Source: Halieaceae bacterium
GTDB lineage: Bacteria; Pseudomonadota; Gammaproteobacteria; Pseudomonadales; Halieaceae
NCBI GenBank assembly: GCA_902613175.1
Contig: CACMGJ010000001.1
Coordinates: 37,569-101,568 of the forward strand
Length of the DNA stretch: 64,000 bases
Direction of reading: 5' to 3'
The notes beneath the pieces were generated by a model. That model saw nothing but the letters and a program-made list of their open reading frames with translations, was not told where the DNA came from and searched no databases. How positions within the stretch are numbered: the first letter of the stretch is position 1; each line of letters begins with the position of its first letter. Made by a program: the position numbers and the translations under genes. Below are positions 40,831 through 51,439 of this stretch, one piece after another.

Positions 40831-42182
40831 TGAATCGACGACGTTTTCTGCGAAATGGTTTAGGCAGTGCGGTCAGCATGACCATGGCGACAACCGTGCC
40901 GTTTTCATTGTTGGAGTCGGCCCGAGCAGTTGCCTCGGAAGAGTACCGTGCTGTTGTCTGTGTATTGCTGGCTGGAGGAGCCGATAGCTTTAATATTCTG
41001 GTGCCGCGGTCGGAGCTCGCTTATAACCGCTATCGAGCAAGACGGTCCGATTTAGCACTGAGTCAAAACGATCTCTTGCCGTTGGAAGGCGAGCACGAGG
41101 GCGTTCAGTTTGGCTTGCATCCGGCGATGAGTAGTTTGCAACAACGCTTTAATGCGGGTCAGGCCACCATGGTGACCAACGTGGGCCCTTTGGTTGAACC
41201 TACGACACGAGCTGCCATCGATGCGGAAGCGGTGACCTTGCCGCTTGGGTTGTTTTCTCACTCTGACCAGATTCTTAGCTGGCAAACGGCGACACCCGCC
41301 AATCGCGCGGGCACGGGATTTGGCGGTCGACTCATTGATGCGCTCCCCAGAGCCAACACAGGCCTGGCGCTCGCGGGCAATATCTCGCTGTCAGGAAATA
41401 ACTCTTTTCAAGCGGGTGCTGCCACAGGTTCCTATGCGATCAGTGCGAACCGGGGTGTGCAGTCAATAACCGGCTTTGACAACGAGCTTTTCAAGCGCTC
41501 CTTCGAGAGCTTCATGGCGGATAGTAGTGCGTCGACCTTGCAAACGGTTTACCGAAACAAATTACAGTCGGCGATTGACGCGGGCGATGTTTTTTCTTCG
41601 GCGCTCTCGCAGGCGACTACGCTAAGCACACCCTTCGCCGAGGACTCTTTTTCGTCCGCTATGAAGCGTATTGCCGAGCTTGCCAGCGTGCATGAGCAGC
41701 TTGGGGTTAGCCGCCAGACCTTTTTCGTGACCTTTGGCGGCTGGGACCACCATGAAGACACCCTTGGCCAGCAAGCGACAATGCTGCCCGCGTTGGATGC
41801 GGGTCTGGGTCAGTTTCAATTGGCATTGGAGGAGCTGGGACTGTCAAACCAAGTCACCACGCTCACGATTTCCGACTTTGGCCGAACACTGACGTCCAAT
41901 GGCAGAGGGTCGGATCATGGCTGGGGCGGCAATGCCATGGTGATGGGCGGTGCCGTGCAAGGTGGTCAGCTATATGGACACTTCCCCGAGCAAGTCGAAG
42001 ATAATCCACTCGATTTGAATCGTGGCCGTTTCCTGCCCACGACAGCAACCGACGCCATGTATGCAGAGGTTTCGAGGTGGATGGGTGTGGCTCCTGAGTC
42101 GTTAGAGTCGGTCCTACCGAATTGGGCGAATTTCGAGGGTAGCGCTCAGGGAGCGGGTCTCACTGGCATGTTAGCAGGCTAA
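40827..42182 (+). CDS. DUF1501 family protein (Tat-exported)
   Basis: RRRFL Tat motif, LAGGADSFN, GLHP, LFSHSDQ, GGWDHH, SDFGRT, GSDHGWG, GRFLPT. Confidence 0.9.
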   Translation: MMNRRRFLRNGLGSAVSMTMATTVPFSLLESARAVASEEYRAVVCVLLAGGADSFNILVPRSELAYNRYRARRSDLALSQNDLLPLEGEHEGVQFGLHPAMSSLQQRFNAGQATMVTNVGPLVEPTTRAAIDAEAVTLPLGLFSHSDQILSWQTATPANRAGTGFGGRLIDALPRANTGLALAGNISLSGNNSFQAGAATGSYAISANRGVQSITGFDNELFKRSFESFMADSSASTLQTVYRNKLQSAIDAGDVFSSALSQATTLSTPFAEDSFSSAMKRIAELASVHEQLGVSRQTFFVTFGGWDHHEDTLGQQATMLPALDAGLGQFQLALEELGLSNQVTTLTISDFGRTLTSNGRGSDHGWGGNAMVMGGAVQGGQLYGHFPEQVEDNPLDLNRGRFLPTTATDAMYAEVSRWMGVAPESLESVLPNWANFEGSAQGAGLTGMLAG

Positions 42183-43033
42183 TGTCGGGCACTGACAAGC
42201 CAGAAGTTGGCCTCGAAACGGACCCCTTTACCGACTGAGTAGAACTCCCCGAGTGTCTCATAGACCGCCGTTTTGGCTTGCTCACTCAGAGTAGGGTCGC
42301 TTTCGGCGATTAATGCGGCGGCTGGGCCAATCTGTATCAGCTCCTGAAACAGGTTGTCGAAGGAGCGATCGGCGCCGGCTGACAGTTCTACCTGTAGCGG
42401 CTCAACAGTGACCTCGGTAAATCCCGCCTCACTCAGGACACTGTAGGTCCGCTCCTTGTCCGATAACCCAAAGGGGCCGGGCGCTCCGGGCTTCGCCGGT
42501 GGCGGAGGTGGCAGGACGGTAAGCGCCGCCTGCATGGGAGCGGTAAAGAAAGGATTTAGCGCGGGGCTTTGCCAGCATACGAATCCTAGCTGACCCTTCG
42601 GTTTCAAGGTCGAACGTAATTGGGTGAAGGCTGCCGTTGGGTCTGCGAAGAACATGACCCCAAACCGGGAATAAATTGCGTCGAATGACGCTTCGGGAAA
42701 CAGCGATTCACTGGCATCGCCCAACCGGAAAGACACATTGGCTTGTAGCGATGATTGATTGGCTGACTTTAAATCCTCAGCCAGCGCCAACATAGGCTCC
42801 GAAATATCAACCCCCGTAATGGTGCAGGATGGGTCGAGCCGAGAGGCCCAGTCGAGCGTCTGATTGCCACAACCGCAACCCACATCAAGTACTTGCGCGC
42901 TCGACGGTAGGCTGAACAAGTCCATACATCGATGCCCTGGCTCTGAGAGCAGCTCTTCCAGCAACGAGTTATGTCTAACCCAGCTGGCTCCGGCGCGGCC
43001 ATTCCACATGTCTTTTTGTAATTGATTATCCAT
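42179..43033 (-). CDS. Class I SAM-dependent methyltransferase
   Basis: WNG..G..W, VLDVGCGCG, GVDISEPML, SRFGVMFFADP, PGPFGL. Confidence 0.9.
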   Translation of the reverse strand: MDNQLQKDMWNGRAGASWVRHNSLLEELLSEPGHRCMDLFSLPSSAQVLDVGCGCGNQTLDWASRLDPSCTITGVDISEPMLALAEDLKSANQSSLQANVSFRLGDASESLFPEASFDAIYSRFGVMFFADPTAAFTQLRSTLKPKGQLGFVCWQSPALNPFFTAPMQAALTVLPPPPPAKPGAPGPFGLSDKERTYSVLSEAGFTEVTVEPLQVELSAGADRSFDNLFQELIQIGPAAALIAESDPTLSEQAKTAVYETLGEFYSVGKGVRFEANFWLVSARH

Positions 43034-43115
43034 GGGGTTATCCCTAAGCTTCATGATGACTGTCGACGATGTTTCGCAGTGTGAGTGTTACAGAGAGTGT
43101 TGCAAAGAAGACACC

Positions 43116-43727
43116 TCAATTCCCAAAAATATAGCTACTGACGTCACTGAGTCGCTCTAAATCATCCTTCGAATCAATATCCCATCCTGCAGATTTCATG
43201 GGAACAATCGCCACCTGTTTTGCTGGATCGGTCAGAAGTTTTTTAGCCCCATTTTCAGCATTTAGTGTTAGCAGATCGGGATACCAGGCGCGAGAAAATA
43301 CGGCCGGTGGGCCTACAGTCTCGCTGAAGCCCGCGCAGGCGCTCCCACGGTCCACAGCTCGTGCGATAAGGGTCTCGAGTTCGCTGGTCGAGACCAGCAC
43401 CTGATCGGCCAAGAGCACTAACAACTGATCACAGTCGTCAGACAGGAGCTCGCAGCCGAGCCTGATGGAGCTACTCATTCCTGATGACCAGTCGGGGTTG
43501 TGAATGAGCTCAGCGCCGGTCACGACACCCTCATCGTTAGCTGTCGCAATGGCCTCATGATACCTGCCGGTCATGACAATAAGTCTCATAGGTCGAAGAG
43601 GGAGCGCAGCATCGATCACATGTTGCAATAGCGGTCTCGTGTGGAATAAGGCGAGCTGCTTGCACGCGCCAAATCGACGCGCTTCACCCGCAGCGAGAAT
43701 AACAATGCCTAGCCGAGGCTCAGTCAT
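43116..43727 (-). CDS. Molybdenum cofactor cytidylyltransferase-like nucleotidyltransferase (MocA family)
   Basis: ILAAGEARRFG..KQL, NPDWSSGMSSS, LADQ, GPPAVF, GAK, DIDS. Coupled to xdhC. Confidence 0.85.
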   Translation of the reverse strand: MTEPRLGIVILAAGEARRFGACKQLALFHTRPLLQHVIDAALPLRPMRLIVMTGRYHEAIATANDEGVVTGAELIHNPDWSSGMSSSIRLGCELLSDDCDQLLVLLADQVLVSTSELETLIARAVDRGSACAGFSETVGPPAVFSRAWYPDLLTLNAENGAKKLLTDPAKQVAIVPMKSAGWDIDSKDDLERLSDVSSYIFGN

Positions 43728-44776
43728 TCCTGCTTAGCGGTCGCGCCAACGGAAGCAGGGCCAAAGATCGCATCATGACACTTGGCGATGACGGAGAGCG
43801 CTATGCTTTCGGGCAGCTCGCCGCCGATATCAAATCCGGCAGGACCATCGACACGAGGCTGGTATTCTTCATCACTGAGACCAGCTTCGATGAATACTTC
43901 CTCTCTGCGGTGAGTGGGACCGAGAAGGCCTACATAATCAAGACCGCGACCGGCGACAGCTCTAAGACTCTGGGCATCCATGGGTACGCTATGAGTCATC
44001 AGCATAGCGGCATTGACCGCGGCATCCCGTACCCATTGCGCAAGCTCCTCGACCGGACATCGCAGTCGATGGTCTGCCATAAAGAAAAATTCATCTCTCG
44101 CATTGGCGGGTCGCGGATCCCAAATAGTCGTTTCCCAACCGAGTTGATTGGCTAGCGCGACCATTGGTTGTGCATCGATGCCACCGCCTGCGATTAGCAA
44201 ATGAGGGGCCGGCGTAATATGCGAAATCAGCCAGTTTTCACCATCTATTGCGTCTACTCGGCTTTTCTCACGCTTGCGCGATAGAACTGATTCGACGGCG
44301 TATTGGCTCGGAAAACTCAGGGCTCCCGGTGCAGGAATGTGTTGCTTTAGATGTCCGCTTTGGCGTTTAGCCAATGAGCGTTGAATGTCGAGCAGGCCCT
44401 GATAATTGTTCTCGGCATTAACTGGTTCTAGTAAGACGTGAACGACACCACCGCAACCAATACCGAGTCGATATGACAGATCATCTTCATCATCGCCGTC
44501 ATATCGAATGCAAACGGGGATACCCGAGGCCATGACTTTGCGCGCGTTGAGCCTTATGTCCGCTTCTAGACAGCCGCCACTTAATAGCCCCAGTTGCTCG
44601 CCACCCGAGCTGATCAGACTCATTGCGCCGGGTTTTCGGTAACTCGAGCCTTCGGTTTTGTAAACCGTGCCTAAAATCCACTCGTCTGTGTCGCGTTGGA
44701 GTTCCCAGCGCGAAAGCATTGCCGCTAGCTGCATCGTCATAACCAGATCCCCTGAAGCGATGGGTTGGTCTGACAA
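43724..44776 (-). CDS. xdhC: XdhC/CoxI family Mo-hydroxylase maturation protein
   Basis: GSSYRKPGA, LSGGCLE, GIGCGG, MTHS, YVGLLGP, GPAGFDIGGELPESIALS. Confidence 0.9.
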   Translation of the reverse strand: MSDQPIASGDLVMTMQLAAMLSRWELQRDTDEWILGTVYKTEGSSYRKPGAMSLISSGGEQLGLLSGGCLEADIRLNARKVMASGIPVCIRYDGDDEDDLSYRLGIGCGGVVHVLLEPVNAENNYQGLLDIQRSLAKRQSGHLKQHIPAPGALSFPSQYAVESVLSRKREKSRVDAIDGENWLISHITPAPHLLIAGGGIDAQPMVALANQLGWETTIWDPRPANARDEFFFMADHRLRCPVEELAQWVRDAAVNAAMLMTHSVPMDAQSLRAVAGRGLDYVGLLGPTHRREEVFIEAGLSDEEYQPRVDGPAGFDIGGELPESIALSVIAKCHDAIFGPASVGATAKQE

Positions 44777-44821
44777 CGGATGACTCGGTGGGTAAAGTGG
44801 CGACGATGCTTCATGGGCGCA

Positions 44822-45481
44822 TTAGCGTGATGACGAGCGGATACCCTGGAGGATGTAGCCCGCATTTTTTTCAAAGCGCACTTTCATATCGAAGTAACCC
44901 ATGAAGGTTGCCACGTCCTCGGGAAGCGCCTCAGTCTCGATCACCGAATCTGAGGAGCCGTCGTAGGATCCTGTCAACAGTGCGGATATGCCACTTAACG
45001 CCTCGAGCGTTTGTTCGAAGCTCATTCCGAGCGGCTCAGAGAGTTCTGTGACCATGGTGTGAAAGTGAGTAGCCATGATGCGTTTAGAGGTTATCAACGC
45101 GTCAACTGAAATATTCTGCTCGATGACGGTGCCCAGTCTGGCGTGCAGTGCCAGGAAAATCGGGTCCGATAGGCTGGTCTCATAAAGATGCGATACAAAG
45201 TCAGTATCTGAGATGCCAGGAGAGATGCCCACGACAATATTGTTACAGAAACGCTCAAACTCCTGGCTGTACAATGACAACAGCACCTCTTCCTTGGTGC
45301 CGAAATACAGATAGAGTGTGCCCTTAGCAACGCCTGCGCGCTTCGACAGCAGTCCCATGGAAAAGCCTTCATAGCCCGCTTCCATGAACAAGACCTTTGC
45401 AGTAGCGAGAATGGTCTCCCGCCGATCGCTTTTTTGCTCGGGCGTTCGCGCTCGCTTGATGTGGGTGATAGTTGGTGCCAT
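44822..45481 (-). CDS. TetR family transcriptional regulator
   Basis: RARTPEQK, HTH AGVAKGTLYLYFGTKEE. Confidence 0.92.
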   Translation of the reverse strand: MAPTITHIKRARTPEQKSDRRETILATAKVLFMEAGYEGFSMGLLSKRAGVAKGTLYLYFGTKEEVLLSLYSQEFERFCNNIVVGISPGISDTDFVSHLYETSLSDPIFLALHARLGTVIEQNISVDALITSKRIMATHFHTMVTELSEPLGMSFEQTLEALSGISALLTGSYDGSSDSVIETEALPEDVATFMGYFDMKVRFEKNAGYILQGIRSSSR

Positions 45482-45499
45482 TCCCGAATAGTAACTTTG

Positions 45500-45543
45500 T
45501 TGACAAATGACCGCCAGTCATTAAATTAACTGACTGAGGGTCA
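45500..45543. promoter_or_regulatory. Putative TetR operators overlapping a sigma70 promoter
   Basis: TTGACA (45500-05); AATGAC-N5-GTCATT (45506-22); TAAATT (45522-27); second TGAC-N5-GTCA (45531-43). Confidence 0.7.
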
Positions 45544-45669
45544 AAAAGATTAACCCAAGTCCAATGATGACCGTATGTAATCGTACGTAACAGCAACATG
45601 CGACCAATTCGATCATACTGTCGGCACCACTAAGGCACTCCAGACGCCTAGACATTGAGGAACGAGTGA

Positions 45670-46161
45670 ATGACAACCTTTACGCTTAATGGGGAAATAC
45701 GGACGGTTGATACTGATCCGGAAACACCCGCGCTCTGGGTCATCCGAGAGCAGCTCGACTTAACCGGTACTAAATTTGGCTGTGGGATGGCGCAGTGCGG
45801 TGCCTGCACTATCCATGTGAATGGACGGGCGCAACGTGCCTGCATCACACCCATCGCCTCCTTGGAAGGTGCCAGCGTCACCACCATCGAGGGTCTAAAA
45901 GGTGCAGACGGATCGCTTCATGCGCTTCAACAGGCGTGGATTGATCACCAGGTTCCGCAGTGTGGCTACTGTCAGTCGGGTCAGCTGATGTCGGCGGCGG
46001 CATTGCTTGCCGATAACCCAAATCCATCGGAAGCCGATATCGACACGGCCATGCGAGGTAACGTCTGTCGTTGCGGTATGTATGGACGGATACGATCAGC
46101 GATCAAGCAGGTAGCGGGTGCGTCCTTCTACGATGCGATGGAGGGTAGTCAAAATGGGTAA
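45670..46161 (+). CDS. Mo-hydroxylase small subunit, 2x[2Fe-2S] (IorA/PaoA-like)
   Basis: [30 protein letters not shown]. Confidence 0.93.
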   Translation: MTTFTLNGEIRTVDTDPETPALWVIREQLDLTGTKFGCGMAQCGACTIHVNGRAQRACITPIASLEGASVTTIEGLKGADGSLHALQQAWIDHQVPQCGYCQSGQLMSAAALLADNPNPSEADIDTAMRGNVCRCGMYGRIRSAIKQVAGASFYDAMEGSQNG

Positions 46162-48430
46162 GTGGACCAGACGTGGTGTCCTTTCAGCCGGTGTTTTAGG
46201 TGGAACCGGACTGGTTATTGGTATTGCCGTTCGCCCGGGCAACCCGACAGAGACGGCGGGACACCTAGTAGCGGGCGAAGGGGAGAATCTCCTACATATT
46301 TATTTAAAGATCGATTCTGAGAATCGTGTGACAGCGATTTTGCCTCACTCTGAAATGGGGCAGGGCGCGCAAACCGCTCTGACCCAAATGCTGGCGGAAG
46401 AGATGGATGCTGATTGGGATCTCATGCGCTTTGAAGAGGCGCCAGCCAGTGCCGAATACGCCAATATGGCGTTGGGGCGAGGCTACCTATTCAAGGGCGT
46501 TGATTTCCCTGATGTAGTTGTGCCGACGGTTGACGGTCTGATGTTGAATATCGCGGATGCCATTGGCATGCAGGTTACTGGCGGTAGCATGAGTATCCGT
46601 ACCACCGGGCAGTATTTCCTGCGCGCAGCTGGCGCCTCGGTTCGCGAGATGCTGGTAAAAACCGCATCGAAGGCTTGGGGTGTGCCCGAGAGCGAAATTC
46701 GTGCGGCTGAGAGCATGTTGTATCACGACAGAAGTGGCCGATCGGCCCCTTATTCGGAGTTTGCGGCGGCCGCTGCGGAGATGACGCCGTCATCGACACC
46801 CAAGCTTAAGAAAACGAGCCAGTTTACTGTCATGGGGCAGAGCAAGCCTCGTCACGATGTCCCATCAAAAGTAGACGGTACGGCGATGTTCGCCATGGAT
46901 GTTAAGCGTCCCGGTATGGTCTATGCCGCCGTAAAGCGTACCCCAGTTGCAGGTGGCACGCTGAGGCGCGTGGATGACAGCGCAGCGCGCGCGATGAAAG
47001 GTGTTATCGATGTGGTCAAAGTGGGTCCGTCGAGTGCTGCAGGGCTGGTCGGATCGTATTCTGCGGGAGACACCATTGCAGTTGTCGCTGATAGCTATTG
47101 GAGGGCGGAGAAGGCGCTTGCGGCACTGAAGCTCGAGTGGAATACCGAAGGCAAGGAACGCGTCTCAAGCGAATCCATTTTTGAGCAGTTCGACCGGGAT
47201 ATTACGGCAGGTATAGACCGAGCCAATGATGTTGCCATGGGCGATGCCACTGCGACGTTTGATAGTGCGGCCACGGTACTGACCGCTGACTATCGCGTGC
47301 CGTATCTGGCGCACACCTGTATGGAACCGCCGAACGCAACAGCAGAGGTCTCGGCAGACCGGGCGGAGATTTGGGTCGGTTGCCAAAACCCTCTGGGTTT
47401 CCGGCAGCATCTGGCCGCCAGCCTAGGCCTGGATGTTGAGCAAGTGACGCTGCACAACTACTTTATGGGCGGTGGTTTTGGTCGAAAGAGCAATGCGGAC
47501 TATGCGTTGCAGGCCGCTATGATTGCTCGCCAAGTGGGTAGACCGGTTCAGATGGTTTACTCCCGTGCGGAGGACATCAAGCAGGACTTTTATCGGCCAG
47601 CCGTTCAAAGTCGATTCAAGGCGGGCCTCGATGCCGATGGCAAGTTGGTCGCTTGGCAAAATACCTACGTCGATAAACACGAGCCTGTGGAGGCGCCGCT
47701 CATACCTTATGCTGTCGCTGCGCAGGATATCGGGCATGTTGCTAGCCCCACTCATGTGCCGTTTGGTGCGTGGAGAAGTGTTGATCACTCTCAGCACGGC
47801 TTCTTCACGGAGTCATTTGTTGATGAGGCAGCCCACGCCGCAGGCAGAGATCCTTACGAATTCCGAGCAGAGATGCTCAAGGACAAGCCCCGTCTATTAG
47901 CGGTCCTCAATCGGGTCGCGAAGGAGGCCGATTGGGGGCGTCCGATGGAAGAAGGACGCGGGCGCGGTATCTCTTTGCAAGAGTCATTTGGCTCTATCGT
48001 GGGTCAGGTCGTCGAAGTGACCGTGTCGGGTGGAAAGACCTGGGTTGATCGGGTCGTCGCTGTAATTGACGCAGGTTATGCGGTGTCCCCCGATGGTATA
48101 AAGGCGCAAATCGAATCAGGTATTATTTATGGTCTCAGTGCAGCGATGTACGGCGAGATTACTATCGAAGATGGCGCTGTGGCGCAGAGTAGTTTTGCGG
48201 ACTACGACGCTATTCGAATGCACGATTCCCCCGTTATTGAGACTCACATTATCAACAGTGGTGCCGAAATGGGTGGCGCAGGTGAACCCGGCACGCCCGG
48301 GGTGGCTCCGGCTTTGGCAAATGCCATTTTCGACGCCACAGGTAAGCGCGTGCGTACGTTACCTGTTATCAAGGCCGATCTGCGAAATGATGCTGAGGCG
48401 TCGCCTGCAGTAGCAGCACTGGGTGCTTGA
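46154..48430 (+). CDS. Mo-hydroxylase large subunit (IorB-like aldehyde/isoquinoline oxidoreductase)
   Basis: [48 protein letters not shown]. Confidence 0.92.
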   Translation: MGKWTRRGVLSAGVLGGTGLVIGIAVRPGNPTETAGHLVAGEGENLLHIYLKIDSENRVTAILPHSEMGQGAQTALTQMLAEEMDADWDLMRFEEAPASAEYANMALGRGYLFKGVDFPDVVVPTVDGLMLNIADAIGMQVTGGSMSIRTTGQYFLRAAGASVREMLVKTASKAWGVPESEIRAAESMLYHDRSGRSAPYSEFAAAAAEMTPSSTPKLKKTSQFTVMGQSKPRHDVPSKVDGTAMFAMDVKRPGMVYAAVKRTPVAGGTLRRVDDSAARAMKGVIDVVKVGPSSAAGLVGSYSAGDTIAVVADSYWRAEKALAALKLEWNTEGKERVSSESIFEQFDRDITAGIDRANDVAMGDATATFDSAATVLTADYRVPYLAHTCMEPPNATAEVSADRAEIWVGCQNPLGFRQHLAASLGLDVEQVTLHNYFMGGGFGRKSNADYALQAAMIARQVGRPVQMVYSRAEDIKQDFYRPAVQSRFKAGLDADGKLVAWQNTYVDKHEPVEAPLIPYAVAAQDIGHVASPTHVPFGAWRSVDHSQHGFFTESFVDEAAHAAGRDPYEFRAEMLKDKPRLLAVLNRVAKEADWGRPMEEGRGRGISLQESFGSIVGQVVEVTVSGGKTWVDRVVAVIDAGYAVSPDGIKAQIESGIIYGLSAAMYGEITIEDGAVAQSSFADYDAIRMHDSPVIETHIINSGAEMGGAGEPGTPGVAPALANAIFDATGKRVRTLPVIKADLRNDAEASPAVAALGA

Positions 48431-48453
48431 GATCTAACGGAAACCTAGAAAGG

Positions 48454-48480
48454 AAAAGCCCCCACTATGGGGGCTTTTTT
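48454..48480. terminator. Bidirectional intrinsic terminator
   Basis: AAAAGCCCCCA-CTA-TGGGGGCTTTTTT between two convergent genes. Confidence 0.9.
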
Positions 48481-48549
48481 ATATAGGTAGCTTTTGCCCA
48501 GATGGCCTGTACGTGGCTTTTATCTGGAGGAACTGTCGGCTTGGCGCGG

Positions 48550-50760
48550 TTAGACGATCGTAAAGCCTTCGTTGCTAATAGGCAGTGCTCTGATGCGCTC
48601 ACCGCAGGCATCAAACACAGCATTACATACGGCAGGCGCCAGAGGCGGCAGTGCCGGTTCTCCTGCACCGGTAGGCCGGTAGCCTGAGTTCAAAACATCA
48701 ACATGCACCCGTGGACTTTGCGGCATGCGCAACAGGGGATAGCTGTCGTAGTTACTCTGCACCACAGCTCCATTCTTGATACTGATGCGCTGTGCAGCCA
48801 TGGTACTCAAACCATCGACGACTGACCCCTGCAACTGGTTCTCAAGTCCCGAAAGGTTGACCACCTGACCGACATCGGCCGCAACCCAGACGTCGTGCAC
48901 GGTAATATTTTTGCCGTTGACGCTGACTTCAGCCACCTCAGCGATGTGACCAGAGTGGCTTAAGAAAAAGGCAAGCCCCAAGCCATGACCCTCGGGTAAC
49001 TTGCGTCCCCATCCAGCCGCTTTAGTCACAGCTTCAATAGTCGCGCGTGCTCTGGCCGTATTGAGACTGGCCATGTCACCTTCTTTTATCCATCCTTTGT
49101 CACCAATCGCATTGAGCAAGAAATCGCGGTGATCCTGTCCCGCCTTGTGCGCGAGTTCAGCGATAAACGATTGCACGGCAAAGGCATACACATTGGAGAT
49201 CGGCGCTCGCCAGGCACCGGTTGGTGTTTGAGACTTAACGAAGCTTTGCTCTACCGCTACGTTGGGTATGACCTTGCCCGGGAAATCGTAGGGTCTGTAA
49301 CTTGCACCGTAGTTGGCATTTTCCCCATCTGCTGACGCGGCAGCCACCAGGTTTTTCCAGCCGACTAATTGCCCGTCATCGGTTACGGCTCCTTGGAGTC
49401 GGTAATAGGTGGGCGCTCTGAAGTAATCAAAAGCCATGTCATCTTCACGTTTCCACTGGAGTTTGACCGGTGCTCCAACACGTCGTGAAATCAGCGCAGC
49501 TTCGAAGATGTACTCGTTGGATAATCGCCGCCCAAAACCGCCACCGCCACGGAGTTGATGAACGGTAATATTACCCGGCGTTACGTCGAGTAATTTTGCG
49601 AGATTTGAGGTGATGAAGACCGGTGTTTGACTGCTAGTCCACACTTCAACGGCACTGGTTGCCGCAGACACAAGTACGCCTTGAGGCTCTAACTGTGCGT
49701 GCGATACAAAATCGGTTGAATAGGTTGAATCGGCCGTCATTGCCGCGTTTGCGAAGGCTGCTTCCACATCCCCTGCACGCTCGATTTCAGCCTCGACTCT
49801 CCCCGCAGCGAGGGCAGCAAGCGCCTCCGCCTCAATCACATCCGAGTCATCTTGCGACGCGGCTGATAGGTCCCAATCTACTTTTAAAGCTTCGCGTGCT
49901 TTGAAGGTTGACCATGTGTCCTTACCCACAATAGCGACCCCGCTTTGAATCGCGTGAGATTTTCTAATGTCAAAGTTGTAGGGTCCGGGCGTCCCATCAA
50001 GTATGAAGGCATCAATAACTCCCGGTAGCGCTCTAACAGCTTCTAGGTTGGCCGATTTTGCGATGCCGCCAATCGACGGACACTTGACGAAGCTCGCATA
50101 AACCATACCGTCGACCTTCGCATCGATACCAAATATCGGTTTGCCCGTGGCAATGCCCTCCGCTGACGCGTTCGAAATACGTTTGCCGAGCAAACGATAG
50201 TCTGCGGGCGCTTTGAGTCGCACGTCCGCCTCATCCGGTACCGATATGAGTGAAGCCGCGGCCACCAGATCTTTGTAGTGAGCCGACTTGCCCGAGGGGC
50301 CATGCCAGATCATCGAGTCAGCCGTTGTGAGTTCGTCGCGCGGCACATTCCATTGGGTTGCCGCCGCACGGCATAACATTTCCCTCGCCGTTGCTCCCAT
50401 TTTTCTCATTTCATCCCAGCGCATGGGGATAGACAGAGAGCCCCCGGCAAATTGCATACCGTATTGCTGCTGAACGGGCGCCGCCTCGCATTGGACATCT
50501 TCCCACTTAGCGTCGAGTTCCTCTGCCACAATCATGGGTAAAGACGTATTAACGCCTTGGCCTACTTCTGGATTCGGACCATAAATGGTGACGCTGCCAT
50601 CCGCATTGATATTCACGTAAGCGTTCAGGGTTCCCGATGCCTCGGCTGATGCCAGAGACATCATCGAAATGCTGCCTGTGGACGAGAGGGCAAGACCCAG
50701 TGAAATTTTGAGAAAGTCGCGTCGATCGGTATTGGCGATCGAATCGGATGGCTGATTCAT
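48550..50760 (-). CDS. Second Mo-hydroxylase large subunit (IorB-like), Tat signal
   Basis: RRDFLK...AEA signal, PEVGQG, AGGSLS, HAQLEP, GGGFGRR, GAWRAP, GAGEP. Confidence 0.92.
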   Translation of the reverse strand: MNQPSDSIANTDRRDFLKISLGLALSSTGSISMMSLASAEASGTLNAYVNINADGSVTIYGPNPEVGQGVNTSLPMIVAEELDAKWEDVQCEAAPVQQQYGMQFAGGSLSIPMRWDEMRKMGATAREMLCRAAATQWNVPRDELTTADSMIWHGPSGKSAHYKDLVAAASLISVPDEADVRLKAPADYRLLGKRISNASAEGIATGKPIFGIDAKVDGMVYASFVKCPSIGGIAKSANLEAVRALPGVIDAFILDGTPGPYNFDIRKSHAIQSGVAIVGKDTWSTFKAREALKVDWDLSAASQDDSDVIEAEALAALAAGRVEAEIERAGDVEAAFANAAMTADSTYSTDFVSHAQLEPQGVLVSAATSAVEVWTSSQTPVFITSNLAKLLDVTPGNITVHQLRGGGGFGRRLSNEYIFEAALISRRVGAPVKLQWKREDDMAFDYFRAPTYYRLQGAVTDDGQLVGWKNLVAAASADGENANYGASYRPYDFPGKVIPNVAVEQSFVKSQTPTGAWRAPISNVYAFAVQSFIAELAHKAGQDHRDFLLNAIGDKGWIKEGDMASLNTARARATIEAVTKAAGWGRKLPEGHGLGLAFFLSHSGHIAEVAEVSVNGKNITVHDVWVAADVGQVVNLSGLENQLQGSVVDGLSTMAAQRISIKNGAVVQSNYDSYPLLRMPQSPRVHVDVLNSGYRPTGAGEPALPPLAPAVCNAVFDACGERIRALPISNEGFTIV

Positions 50761-51263
50761 GCTGACAACTCCTCTGCTTCCATGGCGTTATAGAAGAGAG
50801 CAGAGGCGGTCATTGCACCGCTGGCCGCTTTAATCGCCGACTTAATACGCACATAGGTACCGCAGCGGCAAAGATTACCCGCCATGGCTGCATCTATCTC
50901 ATCATCGGTTGGGCTCGGATTTCGCTCAAGGAGTGCGGCTGCTGACATAATCTGGCCTGCCTGACAGTAGCCACACTGTGCGACATCATGGTCAATCCAT
51001 GCCTGCTGAACGGGGTGTAGTGTCGCCGTTGCCAATCCTTCAACCGTAGTAACGACGCGACCTTCAAGTGCGCCGACTGTCAGCTGACATGAACGAACGG
51101 CGAAACCGTCAAGCCATACAGTGCAGGCACCGCATTGGCCCACGCCACAGCCGTATTTGACGCCCTGAACTCCCGCATGATCGCGCAGGGCCCAAAGCAA
51201 GGGCATTGCGGGATCAATACCGTTAAACGAATGGTCTTTCCCGTTGATGGTGATAGTGGTCAC
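50757..51263 (-). CDS. Second Mo-hydroxylase small subunit, 2x[2Fe-2S]
   Basis: [35 protein letters not shown] start. Confidence 0.93.
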   Translation of the reverse strand: MTTITINGKDHSFNGIDPAMPLLWALRDHAGVQGVKYGCGVGQCGACTVWLDGFAVRSCQLTVGALEGRVVTTVEGLATATLHPVQQAWIDHDVAQCGYCQAGQIMSAAALLERNPSPTDDEIDAAMAGNLCRCGTYVRIKSAIKAASGAMTASALFYNAMEAEELSA

Positions 51264-51439
51264 GTGAGTCCGCCTAGTTAGTTTTCGTTTGATTCAATAG
51301 TGGCACAAATCGCCTTAAATAAAAGGTGATGACGTCCCAATTGACGCAGGTTGGTGTGATTATTAGAGCAACGTTAGGGGCTGCTGGTTGGGGACTGCTC
51401 GAGGGCCTTTCCTGAGACCAACTAACGAAGGGGGGGACA

